This document shows, piece by piece, positions 1 through 8,713 of a DNA stretch of 49,536 nt (position 1 is the first letter of the stretch; each line of letters starts with the position of its first letter). A program made the translations under genes and the position numbers. This stretch comes from a virus. Taxonomy: Duplodnaviria; Heunggongvirae; Uroviricota; Caudoviricetes. The stretch covers positions 1 to 49,536 of the IMG/VR virus record IMGVR_UViG_2534681701_000013, one strand, 5' to 3'. Below the pieces are notes generated by a model. The model was not told the origin of the DNA. It searched no databases and worked only from the letters and a program-made list of their open reading frames with translations.

Positions 1-1164
1 TTACGCCTTCTTTATATCCTCCATAATTCCAGAGTGGGACATATTTGGGACATTATCACCAAAAATGTCGTCTATTTTCCTCGCATGCTCTGTCAAATGA
101 TTAGGCGCAAGGTGAGCATACCTACGAACCATTTCTATGGACTCCCATCCGCCCATTTCCTGAAGCACTGATAATGGGACGCCTGACTGAATCAGCCAGC
201 TTGCCCAGGTGTGTCTGAGGTCATGGAAACGGAAATCTTCAATTCCTGCACGACGACAAGCTGATAGCCATGATGTCTTGCTGTCGATGCGCATCTTCCT
301 GACCGCAGGCGTTGATGTTCCATCTGCTCGCTTAGCCGCCTTGGTATGTACAAACACCCATTTGTGATGCTTGCCTATTTGATCACGCAACACTTTACAG
401 GCGGTATCGTTCAGCGCCACACCAATGGCGCGGTTTGATTTGCTCTCTTCTGGATTCACCCAGGCAACTCGTCGCTGCATGTCGATTTGTTGCCATTCCA
501 GATTTATGATGTTCGACTTTCTCAGACCAGTTGCCAGCGCAAACTTGACGACAGATTTCAGTGGTTCGGGGCACTCATCAATAAGGCGTTTTGCTTCCTC
601 CTTTTCCAGCCATCTGACTCGCTTGTTTCTGACCGCTGGTATCTTGATGACAGGCGCTTTTTCCAGCCACTTCCAGTCGCGTTCTGCAGCACGGAGAATG
701 GCCTTTATCATGGCAAGATGCTTTGCCTTTGTCTGAGTTGATACTGGCTTTGGTTCATAAACAGGCAGTTCTTTACCTTTCCTGATGGCGGCCTGAACTT
801 TCTGTTTCCATATTTCTTTCGTCTTTCTGTTATGCATTCTGCTTACAGCAGAGTAAATCTTTGCCTCCGAGATATCTTTAAGCCTTATACCCTCAAAATG
901 TTCAAGCCAGAACTCAATCCGGCTTTTATCTGAATCGAGAGATTTTTTATCAGCTTTTTCCTCAAGCCATCTTAGGCAGGCCTCTTCAAAAGTGACATCA
1001 GGTAAATCCCCTAGCTTTTCTACTCGCCAGAGTTCTGCTTTTCGCTTGTCGTGCAACTCCTGAGCTTGCCGCTTGTCCTTTGTGCCAAGAGATTCCTTAA
1101 TTCGTTTCCCGCCCGGGAGCGAATACGAGGCATACCATATTTCATTTCTGCGGAAGAGTGACAT
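1..1164 (-). CDS. intD: Phage tyrosine integrase (DLP12 IntD / P22-HK022-type Int)
   Basis: 387-aa ORF; N-terminus [21 protein letters not shown] and C-terminal catalytic box [10 protein letters not shown]...VRRYAHL typical of tyrosine recombinases; recognised from memory as the DLP12-type integrase; its stop codon is the first 3 bases of the window. Confidence 0.93.
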   Translation of the reverse strand: MSLFRRNEIWYASYSLPGGKRIKESLGTKDKRQAQELHDKRKAELWRVEKLGDLPDVTFEEACLRWLEEKADKKSLDSDKSRIEFWLEHFEGIRLKDISEAKIYSAVSRMHNRKTKEIWKQKVQAAIRKGKELPVYEPKPVSTQTKAKHLAMIKAILRAAERDWKWLEKAPVIKIPAVRNKRVRWLEKEEAKRLIDECPEPLKSVVKFALATGLRKSNIINLEWQQIDMQRRVAWVNPEESKSNRAIGVALNDTACKVLRDQIGKHHKWVFVHTKAAKRADGTSTPAVRKMRIDSKTSWLSACRRAGIEDFRFHDLRHTWASWLIQSGVPLSVLQEMGGWESIEMVRRYAHLAPNHLTEHARKIDDIFGDNVPNMSHSGIMEDIKKA

Positions 1165-1391
1165 TTTCTTTCCTCTGTTATGCCATCACCCGCGCTCACC
1201 TGGACAGTATGCAGCGGAGACTGAAGCGCCGCAATGCAGGCTTGCCGTGTTGTGAGGTAAGGAGATTTTGGCTTGGTTGGATCTTTACGTGTTGCCTGTA
1301 GGCGGCCTGTTCGTATCCAGTTGGTGGCGGTTGGTCTGGATATCTTAAGAAACTGACAGGCCTCATCGAGTGTGAGGCTGTATGATTCCAT
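1020..1391 (-). CDS. xis: Excisionase (Xis), HTH DNA-binding
   Basis: ORF directly upstream of int on the same strand, overlapping the int 5' end; helix-turn-helix-like segment [26 protein letters not shown]; ATG at 1389-1391 preceded by AGAGG; start and true length uncertain. Confidence 0.6.
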   Translation of the reverse strand: MESYSLTLDEACQFLKISRPTATNWIRTGRLQATRKDPTKPKSPYLTTRQACIAALQSPLHTVQVSAGDGITEERKCHSSAEMKYGMPRIRSRAGNELRNLLAQRTSGKLRSCTTSEKQNSGE

Positions 1392-1641
1392 GGTTACCTC
1401 TGCTTTTTGAACGCATGTCACGTAACTTCTTAATGTGTTCTGCCGTTTCGATCTCTTCTGCTATCCGATCTGCATCAGCTTTATTCACAGGTTCAAAGTC
1501 ATGATTAAAGCGGAACATGCTGGCGATACATGTTCTGCCTTTTCGGATGTAGTGAACTTTGTTGTGGGTAGAACGCAGGATTTTGCAGGGAGTGCCGTGG
1601 TGGTCGACGTACCAGGTGTTAGGAAAAATGATTCTGAACAT
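1363..1641 (-). CDS. Hypothetical early-left protein (position of lambda Ea8.5)
   Basis: 92-aa ORF with ATG and GAGG RBS, co-oriented with the early-left operon; no family recognised. Confidence 0.45.
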   Translation of the reverse strand: MFRIIFPNTWYVDHHGTPCKILRSTHNKVHYIRKGRTCIASMFRFNHDFEPVNKADADRIAEEIETAEHIKKLRDMRSKSRGNHGIIQPHTR

Positions 1642-1688
1642 TTTTACACCTCAGTTGGACGATGTTGAAATTTGCTGCTTTGAGGCCA

Positions 1689-1907
1689 TCACAGTCCCCA
1701 TTGTTTGTTCTTAAGTTCGATCTCCTCCTGGCAACTTGCACAAGTCCGACAACCCTGAACAGCCAGGCGTCTTCGCTCATCTATCGGATCGCCACACTCA
1801 CAACAATGAGTTGCGGATACAGTCTGGTAGTTCAGACGACGCATTTTTATTGCTGTATTGCGCTGTAATTCTTCGATTTCTGATGCCGAATCAATGATGT
1901 CTGCCAT
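1689..1907 (-). CDS. TraR/DksA-family C4 zinc-finger protein (lambda Orf73-like)
   Basis: 72-aa ORF with CxxC...CxxC pattern (CCECGDPIDERRRLAVQGCRTCASC) characteristic of TraR/DksA zinc fingers. Confidence 0.8.
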   Translation of the reverse strand: MADIIDSASEIEELQRNTAIKMRRLNYQTVSATHCCECGDPIDERRRLAVQGCRTCASCQEEIELKNKQWGL

Positions 1908-2005
1908 CTTCCATTAATCCCTGAATTGTTGGTTAATACGCTTGAGGATGAATGCGAACAATAAAAAAGGAGCCTGTAGCTCCCTGATGATTTTGCTTTT
2001 CATGT

Positions 2006-2221
2006 TCACCGTTCCTTAAAGACGCCGTTTAACATGCCGATCGCCAGGCTTAAATGAGTCGGTGTGAATCCCATCAGCGTTACCGTTTCACGGTGCTTCT
2101 TCAGTACGCTACGGCAAATGTCATCGACGTTTTTATCCGGAAACTGCTGTCTGGCTTTTTTGATTTCAGAATTAGCCTGACGGGCAATGCTGCGAAGGGC
2201 GTTTTCCTGCTGAGGTGTCAT
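2006..2221 (-). CDS. Hypothetical early-left protein
   Basis: ORF in track (2006..2317); most plausible start is the internal ATG at 2219-2221 (MTPQQENALRS...) with upstream GGGA. Confidence 0.45.
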   Translation of the reverse strand: MTPQQENALRSIARQANSEIKKARQQFPDKNVDDICRSVLKKHRETVTLMGFTPTHLSLAIGMLNGVFKER

Positions 2222-2297
2222 TGAACAAGTCCCATGTCGGCAAGCATAAGCACACAGAATATGAAGCCCGCTGCCAGAAAAATGCATTCCGTGGCTG

Positions 2298-2489
2298 TCA
2301 TACCGGGTCTCTCTCATCTGCTTCTGCTTTCGCCACCATCATTTCCAGCTTTTGTGAAAGGGATGCGGCTAACGTATGAAATTCTTCGTCTGTTTCTACT
2401 GGTATTGGCACAAACCTGACTCCAATTTGAGCAAGGCTATGTGCCATCTCAATACTCGTTCTTAACTCAACAGGAGATGCTTTGTGCAT
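2298..2489 (-). CDS. Hypothetical early-left protein (lambda orf63 position and size)
   Basis: 63-aa ORF with ATG start, packed between neighbouring early-left ORFs. Confidence 0.5.
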   Translation of the reverse strand: MHKASPVELRTSIEMAHSLAQIGVRFVPIPVETDEEFHTLAASLSQKLEMMVAKAEADERDPV

Positions 2490-2650
2490 ACCGCCTCCCG
2501 TTTATTATTTATCTTCTCAGCCAGCCGCTGTGCTTTCAGTGGATTTCTGATAACAGAAAGGCCGGGAAATACCCAGCCTCGCTTTGTAACGGAGTAGACG
2601 AAAGTGATCGCGCCTACCCGGATATTATCGTGAGGATGCGTCATCGCCAT
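2462..2650 (-). CDS. Hypothetical early-left protein (lambda orf60a position)
   Basis: 62-aa ORF whose start region overlaps the exo stop (2641-2643), as orf60a does in lambda. Confidence 0.45.
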   Translation of the reverse strand: MAMTHPHDNIRVGAITFVYSVTKRGWVFPGLSVIRNPLKAQRLAEKINNKREAVCTKHLLLS

Positions 2651-3321
2651 TGCTCCCCAAATACAAAACCAATTTCAGCCAGTGCCTCGTCCATTTTTTC
2701 GATGAACTCCGGCACCATCTCGTTAAAACTCGCCATGTACTTTTCATCCCGCTCAACCACGACATAATGCAGTCCTTCACGCTTCATACGCGGGTCATAG
2801 TTGGCAAAGTACCAGGCATCTTTTCGTGTCACCCACATGCTGTACTGCACCTGGGCCATGTAAGCCGATTTTATGGCCTCGAAACCACCGAGCCGGAACT
2901 TCATGAAATCCCGGGAGGTAAACGGGCATTTCAGTTCAAGGCCGTTGCCGTCACTGCATAAACCATCGGGAGAGCAGGCGGTGCGCATACTTTCGTCGCG
3001 ATAGATGATCGGGGATTCAGTAACATTCACGCCGGAAGTGAACTCAAAGAGGGCTCTGGCGTCGTTCTCGTACTGTTTTCCCCAGGCCAGCGCCTTAGCG
3101 TTAACTTCCGGAGCCACACCGGTGCAAACCTCGGCAAGCAGGGTGTGGAAGTAGGACATTTTCATGTCAGGCCATTTCTTTCCGGAGCGGGGTTTTGCTA
3201 TCACATTGTGAACCTCTGAAGCGGTGATGACGCCGAGCCGTAATTTGTGCCACGCATTATCCCCCTGTTCGACAGCTCTCACGTCGATCCCGGTACGCTG
3301 CAGTATAATGTCCGGTGTCAT
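2641..3321 (-). CDS. exo: Lambda-type 5'-3' exonuclease (Red-alpha, YqaJ family)
   Basis: 226-aa translation matches lambda Exo almost throughout ([21 protein letters not shown]...). Confidence 0.95.
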   Translation of the reverse strand: MTPDIILQRTGIDVRAVEQGDNAWHKLRLGVITASEVHNVIAKPRSGKKWPDMKMSYFHTLLAEVCTGVAPEVNAKALAWGKQYENDARALFEFTSGVNVTESPIIYRDESMRTACSPDGLCSDGNGLELKCPFTSRDFMKFRLGGFEAIKSAYMAQVQYSMWVTRKDAWYFANYDPRMKREGLHYVVVERDEKYMASFNEMVPEFIEKMDEALAEIGFVFGEQWR

Positions 3322-4103
3322 GCTGCCACCTTCTGCTCAGTGGCTTTCTGTTTCAGGAATCCAAGAGCTTTCACTGCTTCGGCCTGTGTCAGTTCTGACG
3401 ATGCGCGAATGTCGCGGCGAAATATCTGGGAACAGAGCGGCAATAAGTCGTCATCCCATGTTTTATCCAAGGCGATCAGCAGAGTGTTAATCTCCTGCAT
3501 GGTTTCATCGTTAACCGGAGTGATGTCGCGTTCCGGCTGACGTTCTGTAGTGTATGCGGTATTTTCGACAATGCGCTCGGCTTCATCCTTGTCATAGATA
3601 CCAGCAAATCCGAAGGCGAGACGGGCACACTGAATCATGGCTTTATGCCGTAACATCCGTTTGGGATGCGACTGCCACGGGCCGGTGATTTCTCTGCCTT
3701 CGCGGGTTTTGAATGGTTCGCGTCGGCATTCATCCATCCACTCGGTAACGCAGATCGGATGATTACGGTCCTTGCGGTAAATCCGGCATGTACAGGATTC
3801 ATTGTCCTGCTCAAAGTCCATGCCATCAAACTGCTGGTTTTCATTGATGATGCGGGACCATCCATCAACGCCCACCACCGGAACGATGCCGTTCTGCTTA
3901 TCAGGGAAGGCGTAAATTTCTTTCGTCCACGGATTAAGGCCGTACTGGTTGGCGACGATCAACAATGCGATGAACTGCGCATCGCTGGCATCGCCTTTAA
4001 ATGCTGTCTGGCGAAGAGTGGTGATCAGTTCCTGTGGGTCGACAGAATCCATGCCGACACGTTCAGCCAGCTTCCCTGCCAGCGTTGCGAGTGCTGTACT
4101 CAT
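3318..4103 (-). CDS. bet: Single-strand annealing protein Bet (Red-beta, RecT family)
   Basis: 261-aa translation matches lambda Bet; 4-bp overlap with exo as in lambda. Confidence 0.95.
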   Translation of the reverse strand: MSTALATLAGKLAERVGMDSVDPQELITTLRQTAFKGDASDAQFIALLIVANQYGLNPWTKEIYAFPDKQNGIVPVVGVDGWSRIINENQQFDGMDFEQDNESCTCRIYRKDRNHPICVTEWMDECRREPFKTREGREITGPWQSHPKRMLRHKAMIQCARLAFGFAGIYDKDEAERIVENTAYTTERQPERDITPVNDETMQEINTLLIALDKTWDDDLLPLCSQIFRRDIRASSELTQAEAVKALGFLKQKATEQKVAA

Positions 4104-4108
4104 CCGTT

Positions 4109-4405
4109 TTATACCTCTGAATCAATATCAACCTGATGGTGAGCAATGGTTTCAACCATGTACCGGATGTGTTCTGCCATGCGCTCCTGAAAGTCAACAT
4201 CGTCATCAAACGCACGGGTAATGGCTTTTTTGCTGGCCCCGTGGCGTTGCAAATGATCGATACATAGCGATTCAAACAGGTGCTGGTGCAGGCCTTTTTC
4301 CATGTCGTCTGCCAGTTCTGCCTCTTTCTCTTCACGGGCGATCTGCTGGTAGTGACGCGCCCAGCTCTGAGCCTCAAGACGATCCTGAATGTAATAAGCG
4401 TTCAT
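4109..4405 (-). CDS. gam: RecBCD inhibitor Gam (short form)
   Basis: 98-aa translation [21 protein letters not shown]... matches lambda GamS; AGGAG RBS upstream. Confidence 0.95.
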   Translation of the reverse strand: MNAYYIQDRLEAQSWARHYQQIAREEKEAELADDMEKGLHQHLFESLCIDHLQRHGASKKAITRAFDDDVDFQERMAEHIRYMVETIAHHQVDIDSEV

Positions 4406-4479
4406 GGCTGAACTCCTGAAATAGCTGTGAAAATATCGCCCGCGAAATGCCGGGCTGATTAGGTAAACAGGAAAGGGGA

Positions 4480-4770
4480 TTAGTGATTCAGACCGTTGCC
4501 GCGCCCGTCGAGAAAAACTTCCACGAGCAAGTCGCGGGTATAAGTGCGCTCGATGCCGCGATGCAGATAAAGCCGTCCGCGTAAATTAGCTGATGCAGTC
4601 CAGGTACCATCTTTGTGTTTGACCAGCATTCCTGGCATGACCGCACCGCGATTAACGGTCTGCGTTCCGTAATGTTGATGAACCATAAAAACTCCTGCCC
4701 GTAAGCTGGGCTGCTGAACATATAGAGACTTCTGCGCGTATTCAGGCGGTGGATGGCCGCCGGTTGTCAT
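4480..4770 (-). CDS. Hypothetical protein (first ORF of the leftward operon; not N, Kil or CIII by sequence)
   Basis: 96-aa ORF with ATG and GAGG-like RBS; G/H/R-rich, no arginine-rich motif, no family recognised; could be non-coding. Confidence 0.35.
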   Translation of the reverse strand: MTTGGHPPPEYAQKSLYVQQPSLRAGVFMVHQHYGTQTVNRGAVMPGMLVKHKDGTWTASANLRGRLYLHRGIERTYTRDLLVEVFLDGRGNGLNH

Positions 4771-4949
4771 AACTAAGCCGCCTCGTTGAAGCGACTGAGG
4801 TATGAGGTGTTGAGTTGAGTTGATTTCAGCTGGTCACACCGACGTTCACGCGTCCGTTTCACCCCTCGCACTCCCCGGAGCCTGCCGAAATTCAAGCTGC
4901 GGATCTAAGCGGTCATCGCAACGGTGAATCAGGTGGTTGCCGTATCGTT

Positions 4950-5030
4950 GTGTTGTTGCGACATGGTAATAATAGCTATTGCTATTGGCGGTATCAATAC
5001 TTATAGCTATTGATTGATGTGTTTTGATAT
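4950..5030. promoter_or_regulatory. Candidate leftward operator/promoter region (OL/pL analogue)
   Basis: Repeated CTATTG/TAGCTATTG elements and TATTG...CAATA inverted repeats; the same CTATTG/CAATA half-site motifs recur in the cI-cro intergenic region. Confidence 0.3.
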
Positions 5031-5129
5031 TAACTGTTTGATAGCAAAAAGAATTAATTTTGTGACTTGCATCGCATAGCGATAACTGAAGGGAGGTTGT
5101 GGTGGTTTTTTGAACGGTGTGTGATGAGG

Positions 5130-5162
5130 GGAGGCAAAAGAAAACCCGGCACGACGGCCGGG
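5130..5162 (-). terminator. Rho-independent terminator downstream of the 287-aa gene
   Basis: Stem CCCGGC (5145-5150) / GCCGGG (5157-5162) with 6-nt loop, followed on the minus strand by TTTTCTTTTG; sits immediately after the stop at 5167-5169. Confidence 0.6.
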
Positions 5163-5166
5163 GAAA

Positions 5167-6030
5167 TCATTTCGCATCTACAATAAATAACCTGTTTATC
5201 TGGCCTTTTTTAACAGTAGCCTTTGCGGTTATAGTGAATACTGCAGATGGATCACCTTTGGTTGATATATATGCACTAAGAGCTCTAATATACGGGTTAT
5301 TCTTCTTTCCTGCAGCTGGATCGCTAATTTCAGCAGTGATTCTCTTTTTTGAGTCATCACCATCTAAAATTATTTTAGCTGTCATATTTTGTGCATCAAA
5401 TTCTGTAAGAAAAGCACGATACTCACGAAGACCGAGAACTTCATCATCATCAAGCCTATCAATTTCAGCTTTATCTCTCTCGTTAACTTTTAGAAGGCAG
5501 CCGTCAACATTTGTTGCAACACTTATCTGATCGCAAGTATTACCAATAGGTGATACTGCCTGCCTTACAGAGGGGCGAAGCTCTACAGCCATTCGGTCAA
5601 TCAAAGAGATCAACTTATCAATGGTTCCAGCATCCTTGTTTCCTAGTGCCTCTATGGCCTTTTCAAGTGACTGCTGCAAAGCTTTCATTTCATCTTTCTT
5701 GTTAGAATTTCTCGCAAAAATATATTGTAGTATTGCGCCAAGTATAGTTGCGGCGATCCCCGAGAACAACTGGTTCTGAGTGGCGAAGTTAAGAACTGCT
5801 TCAAGAGTAAAGCAGTTAGCTTTTGCTTCGCGTGCGTAAACCTTAACTTCCTGATAATTAATGTATTTACTATATTTTTGTGTAACAGAGAAAGAAGCTG
5901 CTGTTGAGAGAACTTTAGAAAAACCCTTTAGGGATTCTCCTAGGCAGTTCAAATCTATTTCATGATTTAAAGCATCTTTTCCGTCATACCTAAGAGAGAT
6001 TTTTATATCCTGTAAAGCGTCACAATCCAT
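5167..6030 (-). CDS. Hypothetical 287-aa protein in the rexAB slot (candidate superinfection-exclusion / abortive-infection gene)
   Basis: ORF with ATG start, co-oriented with and 66 bp downstream of the repressor gene; visibly AT-rich compared with its neighbours; one hydrophobic segment ([18 protein letters not shown]); no motif of any family I recognise; own terminator. Confidence 0.75.
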   Translation of the reverse strand: MDCDALQDIKISLRYDGKDALNHEIDLNCLGESLKGFSKVLSTAASFSVTQKYSKYINYQEVKVYAREAKANCFTLEAVLNFATQNQLFSGIAATILGAILQYIFARNSNKKDEMKALQQSLEKAIEALGNKDAGTIDKLISLIDRMAVELRPSVRQAVSPIGNTCDQISVATNVDGCLLKVNERDKAEIDRLDDDEVLGLREYRAFLTEFDAQNMTAKIILDGDDSKKRITAEISDPAAGKKNNPYIRALSAYISTKGDPSAVFTITAKATVKKGQINRLFIVDAK

Positions 6031-6096
6031 AAATCGCTCTCGTCTAATTCTAATTAAATTTACTATCCCCTAAACGACTCATCAGCACAGTACTGA

Positions 6097-6789
6097 TTAT
6101 CCATGTTTCCTGTACGTTTGGGGCATGCTCCCAATAACCTTACCGAAGATGAACACCCGGTTCATCTCGTCTTTCTCGATCGGGTCCCACGGTGAGTAGC
6201 TCTTGTTATCAGAGATAACCAGCAGCTTATCCTTCATCATTTGCAGGCGCTTTACATGGGCGGTGTCGTCGTACAGAAACGCATAGATGCCATCACCGTC
6301 GAAAGATTTAACCGTGATATCAACGAACAGCAGATCACCTGGTTCGATCGTTCCTGACATGCTGTCACCACGCACGTTAATGATGCGGATATTTTCTGCC
6401 TTCCTACCATCGAACATGTGACGAGCATCGTCAAACGAGTACTCAACCGAGCGTAGAACTTCTACAAACTCACGGTTGATGACTCCCGGCCCGGCACTCA
6501 CTTCTATATCAAGAACGTCAATCTTGAAGTATTTGGGATGGTTGGCAGTAGGCTTCCCTAATTGTTGACCGTCATTTCTCATCGGGCCTATGCCTGATGA
6601 GAGCCACTCTGTTCGAACACCCAATGCATTAGCTATTTCAACAATTTTTGTTGAGCCGCGCGCGTTGCCGCTTGTCAGTCTCCAGATTGTGGGTTGAGCT
6701 ACGCCAGACGCCTTTGCAAGAGCGCCTTGAGACATTCCAGATTGTTCCATCGCTAGGTTTAAGCGATCAGCAAGAGTTTCTTTTTTCAT
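6097..6789 (-). CDS. Phage repressor (CI analogue): N-terminal HTH, C-terminal LexA-like S24 autopeptidase
   Basis: HTH segment MSQGALAKASGVAQPTIWRL; C-terminal GDSM serine motif (VRGDSMSGTIEPGDLLFVD) and downstream lysine as in LexA/CI; track ORF extends to 6825 but ATG at 6787-6789 (MKKETLADRL...) is the likely start. Confidence 0.88.
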   Translation of the reverse strand: MKKETLADRLNLAMEQSGMSQGALAKASGVAQPTIWRLTSGNARGSTKIVEIANALGVRTEWLSSGIGPMRNDGQQLGKPTANHPKYFKIDVLDIEVSAGPGVINREFVEVLRSVEYSFDDARHMFDGRKAENIRIINVRGDSMSGTIEPGDLLFVDITVKSFDGDGIYAFLYDDTAHVKRLQMMKDKLLVISDNKSYSPWDPIEKDEMNRVFIFGKVIGSMPQTYRKHG

Positions 6790-6899
6790 AAGTTTTAATT
6801 TATACGCTTGCGTATTGATGGTCAAAACACGTTTTGCTATTGTTATGATTAATACGCATTGCTATTATTTATTCGTTGCAATACCAATAGGAATTGATA
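6790..6899. promoter_or_regulatory. Divergent repressor/cro control region (OR, pRM/pR analogue)
   Basis: 110-bp AT-rich gap between divergent repressor and cro-like genes; inverted repeat TACGCTTGCGTA and repeated TTGCTATTG/CAATA motifs. Confidence 0.5.
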
Positions 6900-7127
6900 A
6901 TGACAAATCAAACCATTCAACTCGCAATCAGTATTACAGGTAGTCAAAAACGACTGGCAGATCTATGCGGTGTAGCCCAACCCACTGTTTGGCGTTGGCT
7001 ACACGGTGGCGGAATTGATGCCCGCTATGTAATGAAAATTGTCTCAGCCACTGGTGGAAAGATTAAACCAGCAGATATTCGTCCCGACCTCGCACCATTG
7101 TTTAACGCGAGTAATTCTGCCGCCTAA
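6900..7127 (+). CDS. Cro-like HTH regulator
   Basis: Small ORF divergent from the repressor; HTH-like QKRLADLCGVAQPTVWRW; ATG at 6900 with AGGA RBS (track start 6894 is a TTG two codons upstream). Confidence 0.8.
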   Translation: MTNQTIQLAISITGSQKRLADLCGVAQPTVWRWLHGGGIDARYVMKIVSATGGKIKPADIRPDLAPLFNASNSAA

Positions 7128-7151
7128 ACTGCGGCGTTAACTGATAAGGCA

Positions 7152-7697
7152 ATGACTATGCAACCACTTACATACCAACAGACTAGCGGATTTAGCCCGA
7201 CTGCGGTGATAAATCGTTCTCAAACAAAACAAGCTCCAGGCCACGAAAAAATCCGTGATGCCGTCCGCGCCTGGTCGGCTGCAGATAATCAGGATGTTGT
7301 TGCCGCACTCATTGTGAATGAGTATCGGGAGCAGGGCGGCGGCACCATCGATTTCCCTGATGATGTCAGCCGTGCACGCCAGAAGCTGTTCCGCTTCCTC
7401 GATAACAAATTCGATTCTGAAAAATACCGAAATAACGTGCGTGAACTGACCCCGGCAATTCTGGCGGTACTACCGCTGGAATATCGCGGTTACCTGGTTG
7501 AGCAGGATAGCTTTATGGCTAGGTTGGCTGAAATGGAAAAGGAACTCAGTGAGGCAAAACAGGCTGTCATTCTCAACGCACCACGCCACCAGAAACTGAA
7601 GGAGATGAGTGAAGGCATTGTGTCGATGTTTCGAGTGGACCCGGATCTGGCTGGTCCATTGATGGCGATGGTCACCACCATGCTGGGGGCAATATGA
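7152..7697 (+). CDS. Regulatory protein in the cII position (possibly YdaT/CII-like); function uncertain
   Basis: 181-aa ORF starting 24 bp after the cro-like gene; not lambda CII by sequence. Confidence 0.55.
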   Translation: MTMQPLTYQQTSGFSPTAVINRSQTKQAPGHEKIRDAVRAWSAADNQDVVAALIVNEYREQGGGTIDFPDDVSRARQKLFRFLDNKFDSEKYRNNVRELTPAILAVLPLEYRGYLVEQDSFMARLAEMEKELSEAKQAVILNAPRHQKLKEMSEGIVSMFRVDPDLAGPLMAMVTTMLGAI

Positions 7698-7702
7698 CAG
7701 GT

Positions 7703-7745
7703 TCAAAAATGGCGAAAGTCGGTCTGCGGGAACAGAACCGACTTT
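7703..7745 (-). terminator. Rho-independent terminator reading leftward (oop-like)
   Basis: 12-bp stem AAAGTCGGTCTG / CAGAACCGACTTT (one bulge), 6-nt loop, followed on the minus strand by CGCCATTTTTG. Confidence 0.55.
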
Positions 7746-7774
7746 CAGGTGCAAATCGTAACACACTCATTGCG
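7703..7774 (-). ncRNA. Candidate oop-like antisense RNA (about 70 nt)
   Basis: Minus-strand sigma70-like promoter at the start of O (-35 TTGAAT = plus 7804-7809, 17-nt spacer, -10 CATAAT = plus 7781-7786) facing the terminator above; same architecture as lambda pO/oop. Confidence 0.4.
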
Positions 7775-7783
7775 GGAGGAATT

Positions 7784-8713
7784 ATGGCAAACACTGCTAA
7801 GATATTCAATTTTCCAGTGCCGGATGCGGCACAAAAGGAGCCGCGTGTGGCAGATCTCGATGATGGTTATACGCGCATTGCAAATGAGTTGCTGGAAGCT
7901 GTGATGCTGGCCGGATTAACACAGCACCAGCTTCTGGTCTTCCTGGCTGTCATGCGCAAAACATATGGCTTTAATAAAAAACTGGATTGGGTGAGCAACG
8001 AGCAACTTTCCGAGTTGACCGGGATATTGCCGCACAAGTGTTCTGCTGCAAAAAGTGTTCTGGTAAAGCGTGGGATTTTTATTCAGAGCGGGCGGAATAC
8101 CGGCATTAATAATGTGGTCAGTGAATGGTCAACATTACCCGAATCAGGTAAGAAAAATAAAGTTTACCTGAAAGAGGTAAATTTACCTGAATCAGGTAAA
8201 AAAAGTTTACCCAAATCAGGTAAAGGCGTTTACCCGAATCAGGTAAACACAAAAGACAAACTAACAAAAGACAATATAAAACCTTTTTCGTCCGAGAATT
8301 CTGGCGAATCCTCTGACCAACCAGAAAACGATCTTCCTGTGGTGAAACCGGATGCTGCAATTCAGAGCGGCAGCAAGTGGGGGACAGCAGAAGACCTGAC
8401 CGCCGCAGAGTGGATGTTTGACATGGTGAAGACCATCGCGCCATCAGCCAGAAAACCGAATTTTGCAGGGTGGGCTAACGATATCCGCCTGATGCGTGAA
8501 CGTGACGGACGTAACCACCGCGACATGTGCGTGCTGTTCCGCTGGGCATGCCAGGACAACTTCTGGTCCGGTAACGTGCTAAGTCCGGCCAAACTCCGCG
8601 ACAAGTGGACCCAGCTCGAAATCAACCGAAACAAGCAACAGGCTGGCGTGACAGCCGGCAAACCAAAACTCGACCTGACGAACACTGACTGGATTTACGG
8701 GGTGGAGCTATGA
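7784..8713 (+). CDS. O: Replication initiator O
   Basis: N-terminus MANTAKIFNFPVP...ADLDDGY and C-terminus resemble lambda O; contains iterons; ATG at 7784 with GGGAGGA RBS (track ORF starts upstream at 7694). Confidence 0.9.
   Translation: MANTAKIFNFPVPDAAQKEPRVADLDDGYTRIANELLEAVMLAGLTQHQLLVFLAVMRKTYGFNKKLDWVSNEQLSELTGILPHKCSAAKSVLVKRGIFIQSGRNTGINNVVSEWSTLPESGKKNKVYLKEVNLPESGKKSLPKSGKGVYPNQVNTKDKLTKDNIKPFSSENSGESSDQPENDLPVVKPDAAIQSGSKWGTAEDLTAAEWMFDMVKTIAPSARKPNFAGWANDIRLMRERDGRNHRDMCVLFRWACQDNFWSGNVLSPAKLRDKWTQLEINRNKQQAGVTAGKPKLDLTNTDWIYGVEL
8135..8248. repeat. Replication origin iterons inside O (ori-lambda-like)
   Basis: Four to five direct copies of about 18 bp (TTACCCGAATCAGGTAA-like) followed by an AT-rich stretch at 8249-8285. 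Confidence 0.8.

Noticed and set aside
425-741. Two plus-strand ORFs (103 and 84 aa)
   Set aside because: Entirely antisense to the integrase gene.
4480-4770. Identification of the 96-aa ORF as N, Kil or CIII
   Set aside because: No arginine-rich motif and no resemblance to lambda Kil or CIII as I recall them; left as hypothetical.
5117-5530. 137-aa plus-strand ORF
   Set aside because: Lies antisense within the 287-aa gene and across its terminator; low-complexity, no start context; more likely a by-product of AT-rich sequence.
8135-8248. Possible CRISPR array
   Set aside because: The direct repeats are about 18 bp, contiguous and inside the O coding frame: these are replication-origin iterons, not repeat-spacer units. 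No cas genes present.
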